Origin: Selaginella moellendorffii | Taxonomy: Eukaryota; Plantae; Lycopodiophyta | DNA: 53,543 bases | Reading direction: 5' to 3' | Assembly (NCBI RefSeq): GCF_000143415.4 | Contig: NW_003314310.1 | Location: forward strand, 134,461 to 188,003 | Part shown: positions 1-10,765 of the stretch, piece after piece | Layout of the letters: each line of letters starts with the position of its first letter | How positions within the stretch are numbered: the first letter of the stretch is position 1 | Notes under the pieces: model-generated | What the model was told of the DNA's origin: nothing | The model's input: only the letters and a program-made list of their open reading frames with translations | Database searches by the model: none | Position numbers and translations under genes: made by a program

Positions 1-39
1 CCCCTGTTGCTCATCTTGGACCACTCCGCGATCCCAACA

Positions 40-597
40 CTACCAGTATGCTTGAAACCGAGTGATATAGTCAAGAACAAACTCGTGAGCACCTTGCCAG
101 AATGAAAAGAGGTCGACAAATAGTCGATTTGTGGGTTTTTCTTCAATGACACATTCTCTAAAAGAAGCAAGTAGTGTCTGGAAGTCTTTCTGGTCCTCTG
201 GGAGGAGAGAATCTGCCCAAGTTGCTGCTTTACCCTCGAGAGACTGCAAGAAGTCACGGCACATACGGTCATCGTCGATGATTATGTTTGTGGTGCAGTA
301 GTAATCAAAGTGACTGATATGCGATGTTGGAGAGACTGTTCCAACACCTGAGAAGGTTTGTAAATCACTCCCCTTTTGCAGAATATGGAGCTGAGGTCGA
401 GCTAAAGGTGGCTGTGCCATAGCTCGTAGATCTAAGTCACTGGAATTTACCAAGGATGAAGAGGACTCAGCCCGAGAAGGTGTTGTGTCATACCTAAGCT
501 GCCTTTGGATGTGAAAAAGCTTACTCCATACTTTAAGGCCTTGAGGTATGGTAAAAGGGTGCCAGTTTGTCTCACGTCTAGTTTGTACTGGCATCAA
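40..597 (-). pseudogene. gag: gag (retrotransposon gag-like) of element A1
   Basis: ORF contains FLQSLEGKAATWADSL...LLASFRE...LFSFWQG...VLDYITRF, typical of retrotransposon gag. Premature stop at 40. Confidence 0.75.
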
Positions 598-859
598 ATA
601 CCCGGAACACTACAAATGCCTGGTCAAGGCAACTGGGTTGACAGGAGCAAGAAGACTATAGGCTAGTGCTCAAGTTGCTCAAAGTTGCCCAAAATGCCTA
701 TGTCGAAGAGAAATAAGGGTGAAAATGGAAGGAGACGTAGGCCTCAAGCGCACATAACCATTAACCCGTAGGGTAACCGCGGGAGTAACTGTTGGAGTAG
801 CCGCTAGAGTAGCCGATAACCGGTAACTAGTAACCAGTAATTGGGGACCTGTAACCTTC

Positions 860-985
860 TGCTCTCGCTCCTACTCCTGTGCCTGCTCCAACTCCTATCC
901 CTATGCCTGCTCCTACTGTCCCTATTCCTACGCCAACTCTTGTTCCTACTCCTCTTGTTCCTGTTCCTATGCCTACTCCTGTTCC
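860..985. repeat. Degenerate (CTCCTR)n hexamer tract in the A-family 5' UTR
   Basis: Directly visible. The same tract occurs as (GGAGTA/AGAGCA)n at 33540-33715. Confidence 0.8.
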
Positions 986-1731
986 TTGAAGATTTCTTCA
1001 TTCCCAAGGAACTCCCAACAAAGTTTAGCCCAAAAGAAAAAACTAAGTCCTCTGATCTTGATCCTTCCCCCTTTTGACTATTGGTGGGTTCGTTGGAAAG
1101 GGCTCAACCCCTTCTACCCTCTATTGCAGGAATTTGTGAAGAAGCTACCTCAATATTTCCTGAAATCCAAGAAGAAGTAGCCTAGAACACCAATATTGTG
1201 GAAAAGTGCATATCATTGATGTAGATCAATACTAAGGCACCGTTGGTAACTTCGGAAAGCCTAGGATCAGGAGCACCTCTAGAAACAAATGGCATCCAAA
1301 ACAAAGCTTGGAGAAGCTTGGATTCCTTTTACAAAGATGACTCAACCTAGACAGAAAAGAAAATTCTTTTGCATGCCATCAATTCGCTAAATCTAACGCC
1401 AAGAATCACCACTACTTGTAGATCTAGGCCAAATTTACAAGCTTAAATGCATTACTTTGAGAAATTGGGCCGAGAATCTAGGCAAGAAAGTGAAAACCTC
1501 AAAATGTTCCTTCAACCGAGCCAAGAAACGTTATATCTCTTCAAATACTGCACGGCTTGATGAACGCCATACCTCAATGGAAAGAGAAGCTCCTGTCCTA
1601 TCCAAAAAGCCTAAGATCAAACAAAACCACCACAAGATGAACAAGAAATTGCTTCCCAAACTTTGCGGTCAAAAGAAAAAGAGAGAAATGATGCCTCAGA
1701 AAGTGCTATATATCACATTGGGTTCAGTATT

Positions 1732-1921
1732 TGTTGGGGGAAAGAGGGGTGCCTCCCTAACACTCACTCAAACACGAGAAATGCTTTGATACTCTCCACA
1801 AAAAGCAAAAAGCCCCCCCCCCCCCCTCGCCCTTGTGGGGCAAGGGTTTTATACAAGGAAGATGGGGAATATTTTGAGGACAAGAATATTCCCTCTCTCT
1901 CTTGGTGGCCACGCCTTAACA
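1732..1921 (-). repeat. 5' LTR of A1 (190 bp, TG...CA) followed by a degenerate tRNA-Trp PBS at 1712-1729
   Basis: Minus strand reads tgttaaggcgtggcc...cccccaaca, then aa, then tactgaacccaatgtgat. Confidence 0.8.
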
Positions 1922-4804
1922 ACATAAGCTGAAGAAGACAGCAAAATTTGAACCAGGAGCAAGGGAAGAACGTGGTAGACTCCAAGGCAATCTTCAGTCG
2001 GCTGGAGAGCTGGAAGTACTAGTGTTAGCTGTGGAAACCGGAGGCCAATTGCAGTAGAGAGGCCGTGGCCTTTATGTGAGTGAGGGTTTTGAGCCACTTA
2101 TGATGGCGTGCAAGCTAAGGAAAGAGCTAAGAGGTCGCCAAGTTGATGGAAAAGGAGATGGAGCCATTGAGGTTCCACAGAGATCAAAGCCACAGCAACA
2201 CGGTGTAGGCTTTTTGGAAAACTTGGCCCCAATTTCTCCAAGTGTGGGGAACAGTGGAGATCAATCAAAGATGGACGGTCAAGAAGAAGCCGCAGGGGTT
2301 GAGCCAGCCCAAGAAAAACACCCCAAAAAGAATGCTTAGATCTCTCAAGAAGTGATGCGCGGGGCTGGAATTTCTACTCCAGAGCAGCTGAAAAAGGTAT
2401 TTGATGAAGTGAGAGGGCCGAGTGAGGCTCGAATTGCTGCTAAGAAACAGCGACGCTGCTATAAGCAGGTGCACAACTTGGAGACTCACCCCTATGATAT
2501 TCTCAGAGATCTGGAGAATTAGCAACCAAGCATCACAATTGCCCAGCTATTGCAGCTTGCCCTAGGTCTCTGGAAGGTGATCTCCACAGCTGTAAAGGGT
2601 CATCGTGAGGTAGTTGTAAATGCGACATGGCCAATGGTGGATATGGATGCTCCTTGCATCAATATAGAGATTAGTGGAGTGAAGCTGCAGGGCTGTGTGA
2701 TTGATGGAGGCTCTGCAGTGAACGTGATGCCTGAACACATTGTGCAGAAGCTCAACCTTGAGGCCCCTGTACCTGTGCATTTCCGGGTACAGATGGCAAA
2801 TAATTCAAGATCCAAGCCACTTGGTGTGATCACGGGAGTGAAGACAGAGATCGCAGGCTTCCAGTTCTTTATAGACTTTGTGGTGCTGCGGAAGGAGGAT
2901 TCAGAAGCAGACTACCCCGTGTTACTGGGCTGACCTTGGCTAAAGCAGTCCCGAGCTGAACAGAACTGGCTGACAGGAATGTTGGTCATCAGAGATGGAA
3001 CAATATGCAGCAGATACGAGTGGCAATGCAGAGGAAGCCAGCCTTGACTCTGGTGGCTCTTGAGCCAGTTGATGCTGTGGACAACAGCAGTGATACAACT
3101 TCCGGCATAGGGGATGGTGCAAGAGGAAGTGATTCAGTTGGAAGTGAAGATGGAACCCAGTCAGAGGCTGAGAGTTTTGTGGGGGTTGTGGAACTCAAAT
3201 GCTCAAGCTATGATAATCTGATGCTGTCACCTTTTGAGGAGGGCATGGCGAGTGAACGCCTCCAGCATTGGCTGAGGGGTGGGGAAGTTACTTGTGGAAT
3301 GGTGAAGGTCGAACAGATGCCTGACCAAGAGAAGATGGAGCAATTTCCAGAGCATTTTCGTCATGTGGAGCAGCTGGAGGAACCTGTGAGAGTTAGATGC
3401 TCCGGCTATTCTCTCTGATGGAACTGGAACCAGCAGATTTGTGTGATGACTTGAGCTGCAAGACTTGGAGCTGGAACCAGGAAAGGCAGTCCGGATTGCA
3501 GTGGATATTGGGCCGAAGCTGCAAGAGCAACTCCTACTCCTATTCCACGAGTTCATTGATGTGTTTGCCTGGAGTTACCAGGATATGAGAGGTGTTGACC
3601 CCAAGTTGGTGCAACACCACATTGTGTTGATGGAGGGTGTGAGACCAGTGAGGCAATGACCTTACTGGATGAACCCGGCCTATTCTCAAGCAGTGAGTGA
3701 AGATATTGACAAGCTCTTGAAGGCTGGCTTCATCTATGAAGTGGAGATCAGTGAGTGGCTCTTCCCCATCGTTGTTGTTCCCAAGGAGAATGGGCAGCTC
3801 CGGGTGTGTGTAGACTATTGAAAGTTGAATGACGTGACGAAGAAGGATGGGTTCCCACTGCCATTTACAGATACAGTGCTGGACACGGTTGCTGGCCACA
3901 AGTAGGAGAATTCTACTTGTTCCTGGATGGATACAGTGGCTACAATCAGATCAAAATCGCTTCAGAGGATCAGCTGAAGATGGCATGTGTTACTGAGTGG
4001 GGTTGCTTTGCTTAACGGGTGATGCTGTTCGGGCTTTGCAATGCCCCAGCTACCTTTCATTTTGTTGTTACAGCAGCCTTTCAGCCATACATGAGGGAAT
4101 TTATGGAAGTTTTTCTTTGATGACTTCAGCATATTTGGGAGCTCGGACCAGCACAAGGACCTATTGAGGAGCTGTTTTCTGAAGTGTAGAAGCTTTGGCA
4201 TTTCCTTGAACCCACACAAGTGCCAGTTTGCTGTAACGCATGGAGTCCTGCTGGGCCAGATTGTGAGCAGAGACGGCTTAGCTGTGGATCGTAGCAAGAC
4301 TGAGGTGATCATGAGCTTGAAGCCACCAGAGACAGTGAAGCAGTTGCAGGCCTTCCTCAGCTATGTTGGGTATCATTGGCGGTTTATCCAACATTATGCA
4401 GACAAGGCTCTTCCACTCACAGCTCTACTACAGAAGGACGCCAAGTTTGAGTGGAGTGAGGCTTGCCAAAAGGCGTTCCAGCAGCTGAAAGACACTGGTT
4501 GCTGGTGGACATTCTAGGGCGCGTGGGGATGATCGCCAAGGCGGAGGAGGCGCTGCGCGGCATGCCCTACGAGGCTGACTCCATCGCTTCAGCTGTGGCA
4601 ATTGGTGTGGTCCTGTGCCAGCAGTTTGAAGATCAGGTGGACCATCCCATTTGTTTCAGTAGCCGGCAGCTGAACAAAGCTAAGAAGAACTACTCTACGA
4701 CAGAGCATGAAGGACTGGGGATGATTTATGCTATCAAAAAATTCTGCCACTACTTGCTTGAGAAGCAGTTTGTCTTCTACTTAGACCATCAAGCATTGAA
4801 GTAT
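1922..4804 (+). pseudogene. pol: Element E: decayed gag-end/protease/RT/RNase H of a non-chromovirus (Athila/Tat-like) Gypsy
   Basis: Protease VIDGGSAVNVM (2550-2933). RT FAWSYQDMRGVDPKLVQHHI, CVDY.KLNDVTKKDGFPLPFTD, FLDGYSGYNQI, FDDF. RNase H PICFSSRQLNKAKKNYSTTEHEGL...DHQALKY. Several stops and frameshifts. Confidence 0.85.
4493..4585 (+). pseudogene. Captured fragment of a PLS-class PPR gene inside element E
   Basis: Translates HWLLVDILGRVGMIAKAEEALRGMPYEADSI, matching the consensus HY.CMVD.LGRAG...EAEE.I..MPFEPD. GC/CpG-rich relative to its flanks. Sits where the RT-RNase H linker should be. Confidence 0.75.
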
Positions 4805-5858
4805 CGGATGAGATTGTGGACCAAATGGCCAGCCAACAGTTTTATTCTTTTATGGATGGATTCTTGGGCTATAATCAGCTCCAGATTCATCCTTCTGATT
4901 GTGCACTAACTGCTTTTCACACACCCTAGGGAGTTTTCTTCTACAATATGCTCCCTTTCGGTATGTGCAATGCAGAGGCAATGTTTCAATGGTTCATGAC
5001 ACATGCTTTCCATGATCTTTTGGGAGGAGCTCTATGTGTGTACATGGATGACTTATGCACAGCTTCCCAGAAGTTCCAGATCACCTCCAACATTTGGAAT
5101 AGGTCTTTAGTTGGTGCCGACAACACCATTTCTCACTCAATCCGGCAAAGTGCAAGTTCAGGGTCACAAAAGGCTGTCTGCTGGGATTTGATGTCTCTGG
5201 TCAAGGCATTTCTCCACAAGCAGACAAGTGCAGGGACATTTTACAACAACCTCCTCCTTCCACAGTGAAGCAGTTGCAAAGCTTTCTCAACAGGACCGGA
5301 TTCTTCAGGAGGTTCATCCAAGACTATGCCGCTCTAACTTGTCCTCTGGTGGCCCTACTCAAGCATGACAACTCTTTCTCTTGGGGACACACTCAGAAAC
5401 ATGCTTTTGATCTCTTGCAAGAAGCACTGACGTCACCACCCATTCTCTCACCACTGGTATTGGGCCAACCATTTGAGATATTTGTCACGGTTGGAGATGA
5501 GCTGTTTGGATTTGTCTGTGCCAATCTTCTGGGCCGGGAGAGCCCCCACATGCAACATACTTTGCCCCTCACTCAGTCAAGGAGTCCAAGAGCAAGTTTC
5601 TTGAGGTGGAAAAAGAGGTAGTGGCAGTGGTTTATACTCTCCAATGTTTCTGACACATTCTCCTAGGGAGTGATATCCTTTTCCATGTTTCTAACAATTT
5701 TCTAATGTTTCTTTTACAGCGAACCACTCATGCTCCACATACTTTTTCGTGGAAATTTGTGATTCAAGAGTTCAAGCCTCATTTTGTGCTGAAGAAGAAG
5801 CACATTCTCAACCCCAACCAGTTGACAGTGGCTGTGGCTCAAGATTTTGCAGTCCCAG

Positions 5859-6091
5859 TGTTATGATCCGGCGCAAAAAGACAAAGATCTAGTTGCCCTA
5901 GACTATGCTATGCCACCTCTTGAGGTTCCTCACCACCCAACCACCCCCGAGCTACCTCAAAAGCTCCACTACACCGCCGCTCCACTGTGAGCCCTAGGGT
6001 AGGTTAAGTCCCTTACCCTAACATGCCTTAGTATACCCTTGAGCCTCCCTTTGACCGATGTTGACCACGTAGTCAAAGCTGGCGCCTAACA
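5859..6091 (-). repeat. 3' LTR of D1
   Basis: Direct repeat of 10543-10765, adjacent to the PPT. Confidence 0.95.
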
Positions 6092-6165
6092 ATTCTTCCC
6101 CCCCAACAAAGTCCTTGTCCCAAGGACGAGTTGTACCGGTGATCACCCTTTCTGGGGAATCCTGC

Positions 6166-7341
6166 TCAAGCTCCTGGTCCATCTTCCACAGCCATATACA
6201 TCAAGGAGGCATTGGGCCCGTCACTCCGAGATAGTACACCTTTCAACTGGCTGACATAAAATACCGGATGAATTTTCACCCCAGCTAGCAGCCGCACCTG
6301 ATAAGCCGCTTTACCAATGCACTCCAGCACTTCATATGGACCAGCATATCGATGGGAGAGTTTATTACTCTTCCCTGTCCATAAAGGCACCAAGGTGTTC
6401 CGCCGCTCACTTGACGGAAAGATCACTCGCACGAAGACGAGATCACCCACCTTATATTCCCGGAATTGGCGATGCTCATTAGCAAACTTCTCCGCTCTAT
6501 CTTGAGCTGCTTGCAAATTCCGTTTGCACACCACCAGAATCTCATCAAGTTCTGTGGCCAGATCAGTTGCCTCGGAATCAAGCTTATCTTGAACGTCCTT
6601 ACTCAAATGCAATCCCAACTCCACCGTTGTTCGAGGATGCCTTCCAAACATGGCAAAGTAAGGACTTAGCTTGGTTCCACTGTGTTGGCTATTGTTGTAA
6701 GCAAATTGCACCAACGGAAGATATAGATCCCACTGTCCTTGCCTTTGACCAATGCTACAACGTAGCATATCCTCCACCACCTGATTCACACGCTCAGTTT
6801 GCCCATCCGTCTGAGGATGATCTCCACTCGAGAGTTTCAAAGTCACTTGCATAGCCTTTGCAAAGCTTTTCCAAAATCCAATGGTGAACTTTGAATCTCG
6901 ATCATTAATGATTTCCTCCGGCAAACCAAAATCAAGAAAAACCTTCTCCAAGTAAACCGCAGCCAAGTCTGAGGCAATGACAGTCTTCCGAAGAGCCAGC
7001 AACCGCACATACTTCGTCAACCAATCTACTATGACCCATACTTGCTCCTTTTGCCTCTGTGTTCATGGCAAACAAGTGATGAAGTCCATAGAGATACTAC
7101 ACCAACGGCTTTGAGGAATAGGTAAAGGTTGCAAAAGTCCCCCCGGATTCTCCCTTGGCACCTTAACCCGCTGACAAAGTTCGCATGATTTACAATACCT
7201 GAGAATATCAGCCTTCATATTCCTCCAATAAAAGTTGCGCTTAATCAACTCATACGTCTTCTTCCCCCCAAAATGACCGGCCTCGGGACAATCATGATAG
7301 TGGAATAAAACTTGAGTAATTAACGCATCCACCCGTGGCAA
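6166..7341 (-). pseudogene. pol: Integrase of D1 (zinc finger, core, GPY/F), interrupted by stops; no intact chromodomain
   Basis: HD...GHFG...C..CQ, SMDFIT, DRDSKF, HPQTDGQTERVN, YAGPYEVL...HPVFYVSQLK. Confidence 0.9.
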
Positions 7342-8638
7342 ATATACACAGCCATGTAGTAGAGAATCCCATCCACCAATGAGAAAGGGGCTTCCAGATC
7401 ACTACTCGCAAAGAGGCTACCTCAGCATCCTGAGCCTGAGCATGCTCAACCAACTGCCCAAACTCGCTGACCACCTTACTCAAATGATGACAAAATCGTG
7501 TTCGTAACGTCGTCACATGACGAACACGAGATAAAGCATCCGCCACCACATTTGATTTTCCCGGACGATGCTCAATAGGAAACTCCCCAAACTCCATGAG
7601 TTTGACCATCCAACGAGCTTGCCTAGTGTTCAACTCCTTCTGTGTGAAAAGATACACAAGTGGTTTGTGATCTGTCAACACCACGAACACTGCACCATAA
7701 AGATAGTGCCGCCACGTCCGCAAAGCATGAACAATAGAGAGTAACTCTTGCTCATATGTGGAATAGCGTTGCTCCGCGGAATTCAAAGTTCGACTCTCAT
7801 ATGCAATAGGCTGTCCCTCTTGTATGAGAACTCCTCCCAGTGCATAACCACTCGCATCGCATGTCACCTTGTAAGGTTTCGATGGATCAGCAATGCGAAG
7901 CACTGGAGCCTCGATCAACAATCGTTTCAGCGCCACAAAACTCTCCTCTTGTGGCGTCTTCCACTCGAATGGCACATTCTTGCGTAACAACCGCGTCAAT
8001 GGAATAGCCACCTCTGCAAACTTATACTGGAAACGTTGGTAGTAACTAGCCATATCAAGAAAACTGCGCAACTCGGCCACTGTAGTTGGTGTAGGCCAGT
8101 TTTCCACCACAGCCACCTTCCTTGGATCCGTCTTGACACCCTTAGATGTCACAATATGGCCTAGATATTCCACCTCCGACTTTGCAAATTCACATTTGCT
8201 CTTCTTCGCATAAAGTTTGCTGTCTCGGAGTAACAAAAGAACCTTGCGCAAATGCACCCTATGCTCCTCCATATTCTTGCTAAAAACAAGAATATCGTCC
8301 AAGAAAATCTCCACAAACTCATGAAGATAACGCCCAAATACCTCCGTCATCAACCGAGTAAATGTGGCCAGTGCATTCGTCAAACCAAACGGCATAACGG
8401 TAAACTCAAAATGTCCGAAGCTTGTGTTGAATGCCGTCTTGGAGATAGATGCATCATCCATTGCAATCTGATGATATCCACTCTTCAGATCAATCTTGGC
8501 AAACACTCGTGCTTCACCAAGCTTGTCCAGGATATCATCCACACGTGGCATCGGCATCTTATTCTTCACTGTCTTCTTGTTTAAAGCACGGTAGTCAATA
8601 CACATCCGCATTGAACCGTCCTTCTTCTTCACAAGCAA
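7292..8638 (-). CDS. pol: Reverse transcriptase-RNase H of D1 (open segment of a disrupted pol)
   Basis: [62 protein letters not shown]. Confidence 0.9.
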   Translation of the reverse strand: MLVKKKDGSMRMCIDYRALNKKTVKNKMPMPRVDDILDKLGEARVFAKIDLKSGYHQIAMDDASISKTAFNTSFGHFEFTVMPFGLTNALATFTRLMTEVFGRYLHEFVEIFLDDILVFSKNMEEHRVHLRKVLLLLRDSKLYAKKSKCEFAKSEVEYLGHIVTSKGVKTDPRKVAVVENWPTPTTVAELRSFLDMASYYQRFQYKFAEVAIPLTRLLRKNVPFEWKTPQEESFVALKRLLIEAPVLRIADPSKPYKVTCDASGYALGGVLIQEGQPIAYESRTLNSAEQRYSTYEQELLSIVHALRTWRHYLYGAVFVVLTDHKPLVYLFTQKELNTRQARWMVKLMEFGEFPIEHRPGKSNVVADALSRVRHVTTLRTRFCHHLSKVVSEFGQLVEHAQAQDAEVASLRVVIWKPLSHWWMGFSTTWLCIFATGGCVNYSSFIPLS

Positions 8639-8704
8639 GACCGGAGCACCAAACGGAGACTTACTTGGCTGAATAAATCCAAACTCAAGTAACTCCTTGA
8701 CTTG

Positions 8705-9698
8705 TCATTGAACTTCTTGCTCCTCCGCATAACTTAACCGAAATGGACGCCGGTAAATTGGCCGCGTCCCCGGCTCCAATGTAATCCCATGCTCCACACC
8801 TCGTAATGGAGGCAATCCATGAGGAAGTTCAGATGGAAAAACATTAGAAAACTCATCAAGTACATCCCGTACTGCTGCTTCTCCCCCACACGTGCCTTGG
8901 TCCCCCAAGTCACGAACAAACAGCAAGTAACTTGAAAGTGCTTTTCCATTACAACAAGCCCGCTTCAAAGATGTAGCAGAGAGCATAACAACTGGTGGTT
9001 GAACGCCCTTGCCAAACCACACATCTTTAACGCCACCATACTCCAGCGAGATACGCTTAATGCTCCACTTTATCTCTGGATCCACCTTCACCAACCATGG
9101 CATCCCAAGAATGAGATCCACACGATGGATATCCGCGAGATAAAAAGTCTCCACAAGTGTGGTTTTGCCAACCAACACTTCCAGCCCCTCAACACAAGCA
9201 TCGAAATGCTGAGCAGAGGTAGTTGCACCTTCCACTGTGTATGGAAGAACTCCATGTGTGTTCAGGCGATGCTCCACAACAAACTTTGCCGAAACAAAGT
9301 TGTCATCACTCCCACTATCCAGTAAAATCCGCACTGGATCGCCACGGAACACGCCCTCCAGCATTAAAGCTAATTCACGCATATCCTCAAGCTCCATCTT
9401 GTTCCACACACAGTTGAGCTGACGAGCAACGATCGAAAGTCGCTTCCTTCGACCGGAATGGTCGTTCTCCTCCTCCTCACGCTGCAAAGTTTGCAACTTT
9501 TTAGTATTGGACTTACCGTGAGAAGAAGATTGGCCATTCTTTTTGTCCTGCTGCTTGTTCTTCAACTGCGGACAATCAGCCTTGTAGTGTCCAAGTTTGC
9601 CGCAATGATGACAACCTTGTCTATAATTCTTCACAAAGAACTTCTGCTTCTTGGACCCCTTTGCATCCGAAGTAGTCACCACTGACTTCAATTTGTGA
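8705..9698 (-). pseudogene. gag-pol: gag C-terminal CCHC knuckle plus aspartic protease of D1
   Basis: CHHCGKLGHYKADC, ILLDSGSDDNFVS, LILGMPWL. In-frame TGA at 8705, where D3 has CGA. Confidence 0.9.
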
Positions 9699-10498
9699 NN
9701 NNNNNNNNNNNNNNNNNNNNNNNNNNNNNNNNNNNNNNNNNNNNNNNNNNNNNNNNNNNNNNNNNNNNNNNNNNNNNNNNNNNNNNNNNNNNNNNNNNNN
9801 NNNNNNNNNNNNNNNNNNNNNNNNNNNNNNNNNNNNNNNNNNNNNNNNNNNNNNNNNNNNNNNNNNNNNNNNNNNNNNNNNNNNNNNNNNNNNNNNNNNN
9901 NNNNNNNNNNNNNNNNNNNNNNNNNNNNNNNNNNNNNNNNNNNNNNNNNNNNNNNNNNNNNNNNNNNNNNNNNNNNNNNNNNNNNNNNNNNNNNNNNNNN
10001 NNNNNNNNNNNNNNNNNNNNNNNNNNNNNNNNNNNNNNNNNNNNNNNNNNNNNNNNNNNNNNNNNNNNNNNNNNNNNNNNNNNNNNNNNNNNNNNNNNNN
10101 NNNNNNNNNNNNNNNNNNNNNNNNNNNNNNNNNNNNNNNNNNNNNNNNNNNNNNNNNNNNNNNNNNNNNNNNNNNNNNNNNNNNNNNNNNNNNNNNNNNN
10201 NNNNNNNNNNNNNNNNNNNNNNNNNNNNNNNNNNNNNNNNNNNNNNNNNNNNNNNNNNNNNNNNNNNNNNNNNNNNNNNNNNNNNNNNNNNNNNNNNNNN
10301 NNNNNNNNNNNNNNNNNNNNNNNNNNNNNNNNNNNNNNNNNNNNNNNNNNNNNNNNNNNNNNNNNNNNNNNNNNNNNNNNNNNNNNNNNNNNNNNNNNNN
10401 NNNNNNNNNNNNNNNNNNNNNNNNNNNNNNNNNNNNNNNNNNNNNNNNNNNNNNNNNNNNNNNNNNNNNNNNNNNNNNNNNNNNNNNNNNNNNNNNNN
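9699..10498. other. Assembly gap (800 N) covering the gag N-terminus of D1
   Basis: Run of N. Its size agrees with the roughly 0.8 kb of gag expected from the D2 and D3 copies. Confidence 0.99.
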
Positions 10499-10542
10499 TG
10501 TTTAGCTTGGTCGGCCATTGCAACCAACTCCTTTGATACCAA

Positions 10543-10765
10543 TGTTATGATCCGGCGCAAAAAGACAAAGATCTAGTTGCCCTAGACTATGCTATGCCAC
10601 CTCTTAAGGTTCCTCACCACCCAACCACCCCCGAGCTACCTCAAAAGCTCTACTGCACCGCCGCTCCACTGTGAGCCCTAGGGTAGGTTAAGTCCCTTAC
10701 CCTAACATACCCTTGAGCCTCCCTTTGACCGACGTTGACCACGTAGTCAAAGCTGGCGCCTAACA
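10543..10765 (-). repeat. 5' LTR of D1
   Basis: Followed on the minus strand by the tRNA-iMet PBS. Confidence 0.95.

Larger units (their letters stand above)
1..1921 (-). mobile_element. Element A1: 5' part of a Tat-like Ty3/Gypsy LTR retrotransposon (5' LTR, PBS, 5' UTR, gag), running off the left edge
   Basis: LTR 1732-1921 is homologous to 41145-41332. The 5' UTR matches 19107-19860 and 33613-34040. The gag matches 34040-34105 plus the inverted 35760-36216. Confidence 0.85.
5859..10765 (-). mobile_element. Element D1: near full-length chromovirus-like Ty3/Gypsy LTR retrotransposon
   Basis: LTRs 5859-6091 and 10543-10765 are TG...CA and differ by 4 transitions plus a 10-bp indel by manual comparison. 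TSD cccag/cccaa. PBS tggtatcaaagg (tRNA-iMet) 10530-10541. PPT ggggggaagaat 6092-6103. Confidence 0.95.

Noticed and set aside
804-1077. Arg/Ser-rich and Leu-rich ORFs (also 33585-33830)
   Set aside because: Translations of a hexamer simple repeat in a TE leader.
9699-10498. Gap size underestimated relative to D2 (about 2.5 kb expected)
   Set aside because: D2 has an extra 1.7-kb block. Without it the expected length is about 0.8 kb.
9621-10576. Three ORFs of about 300 aa
   Set aside because: Artefacts of translating through the N gap.
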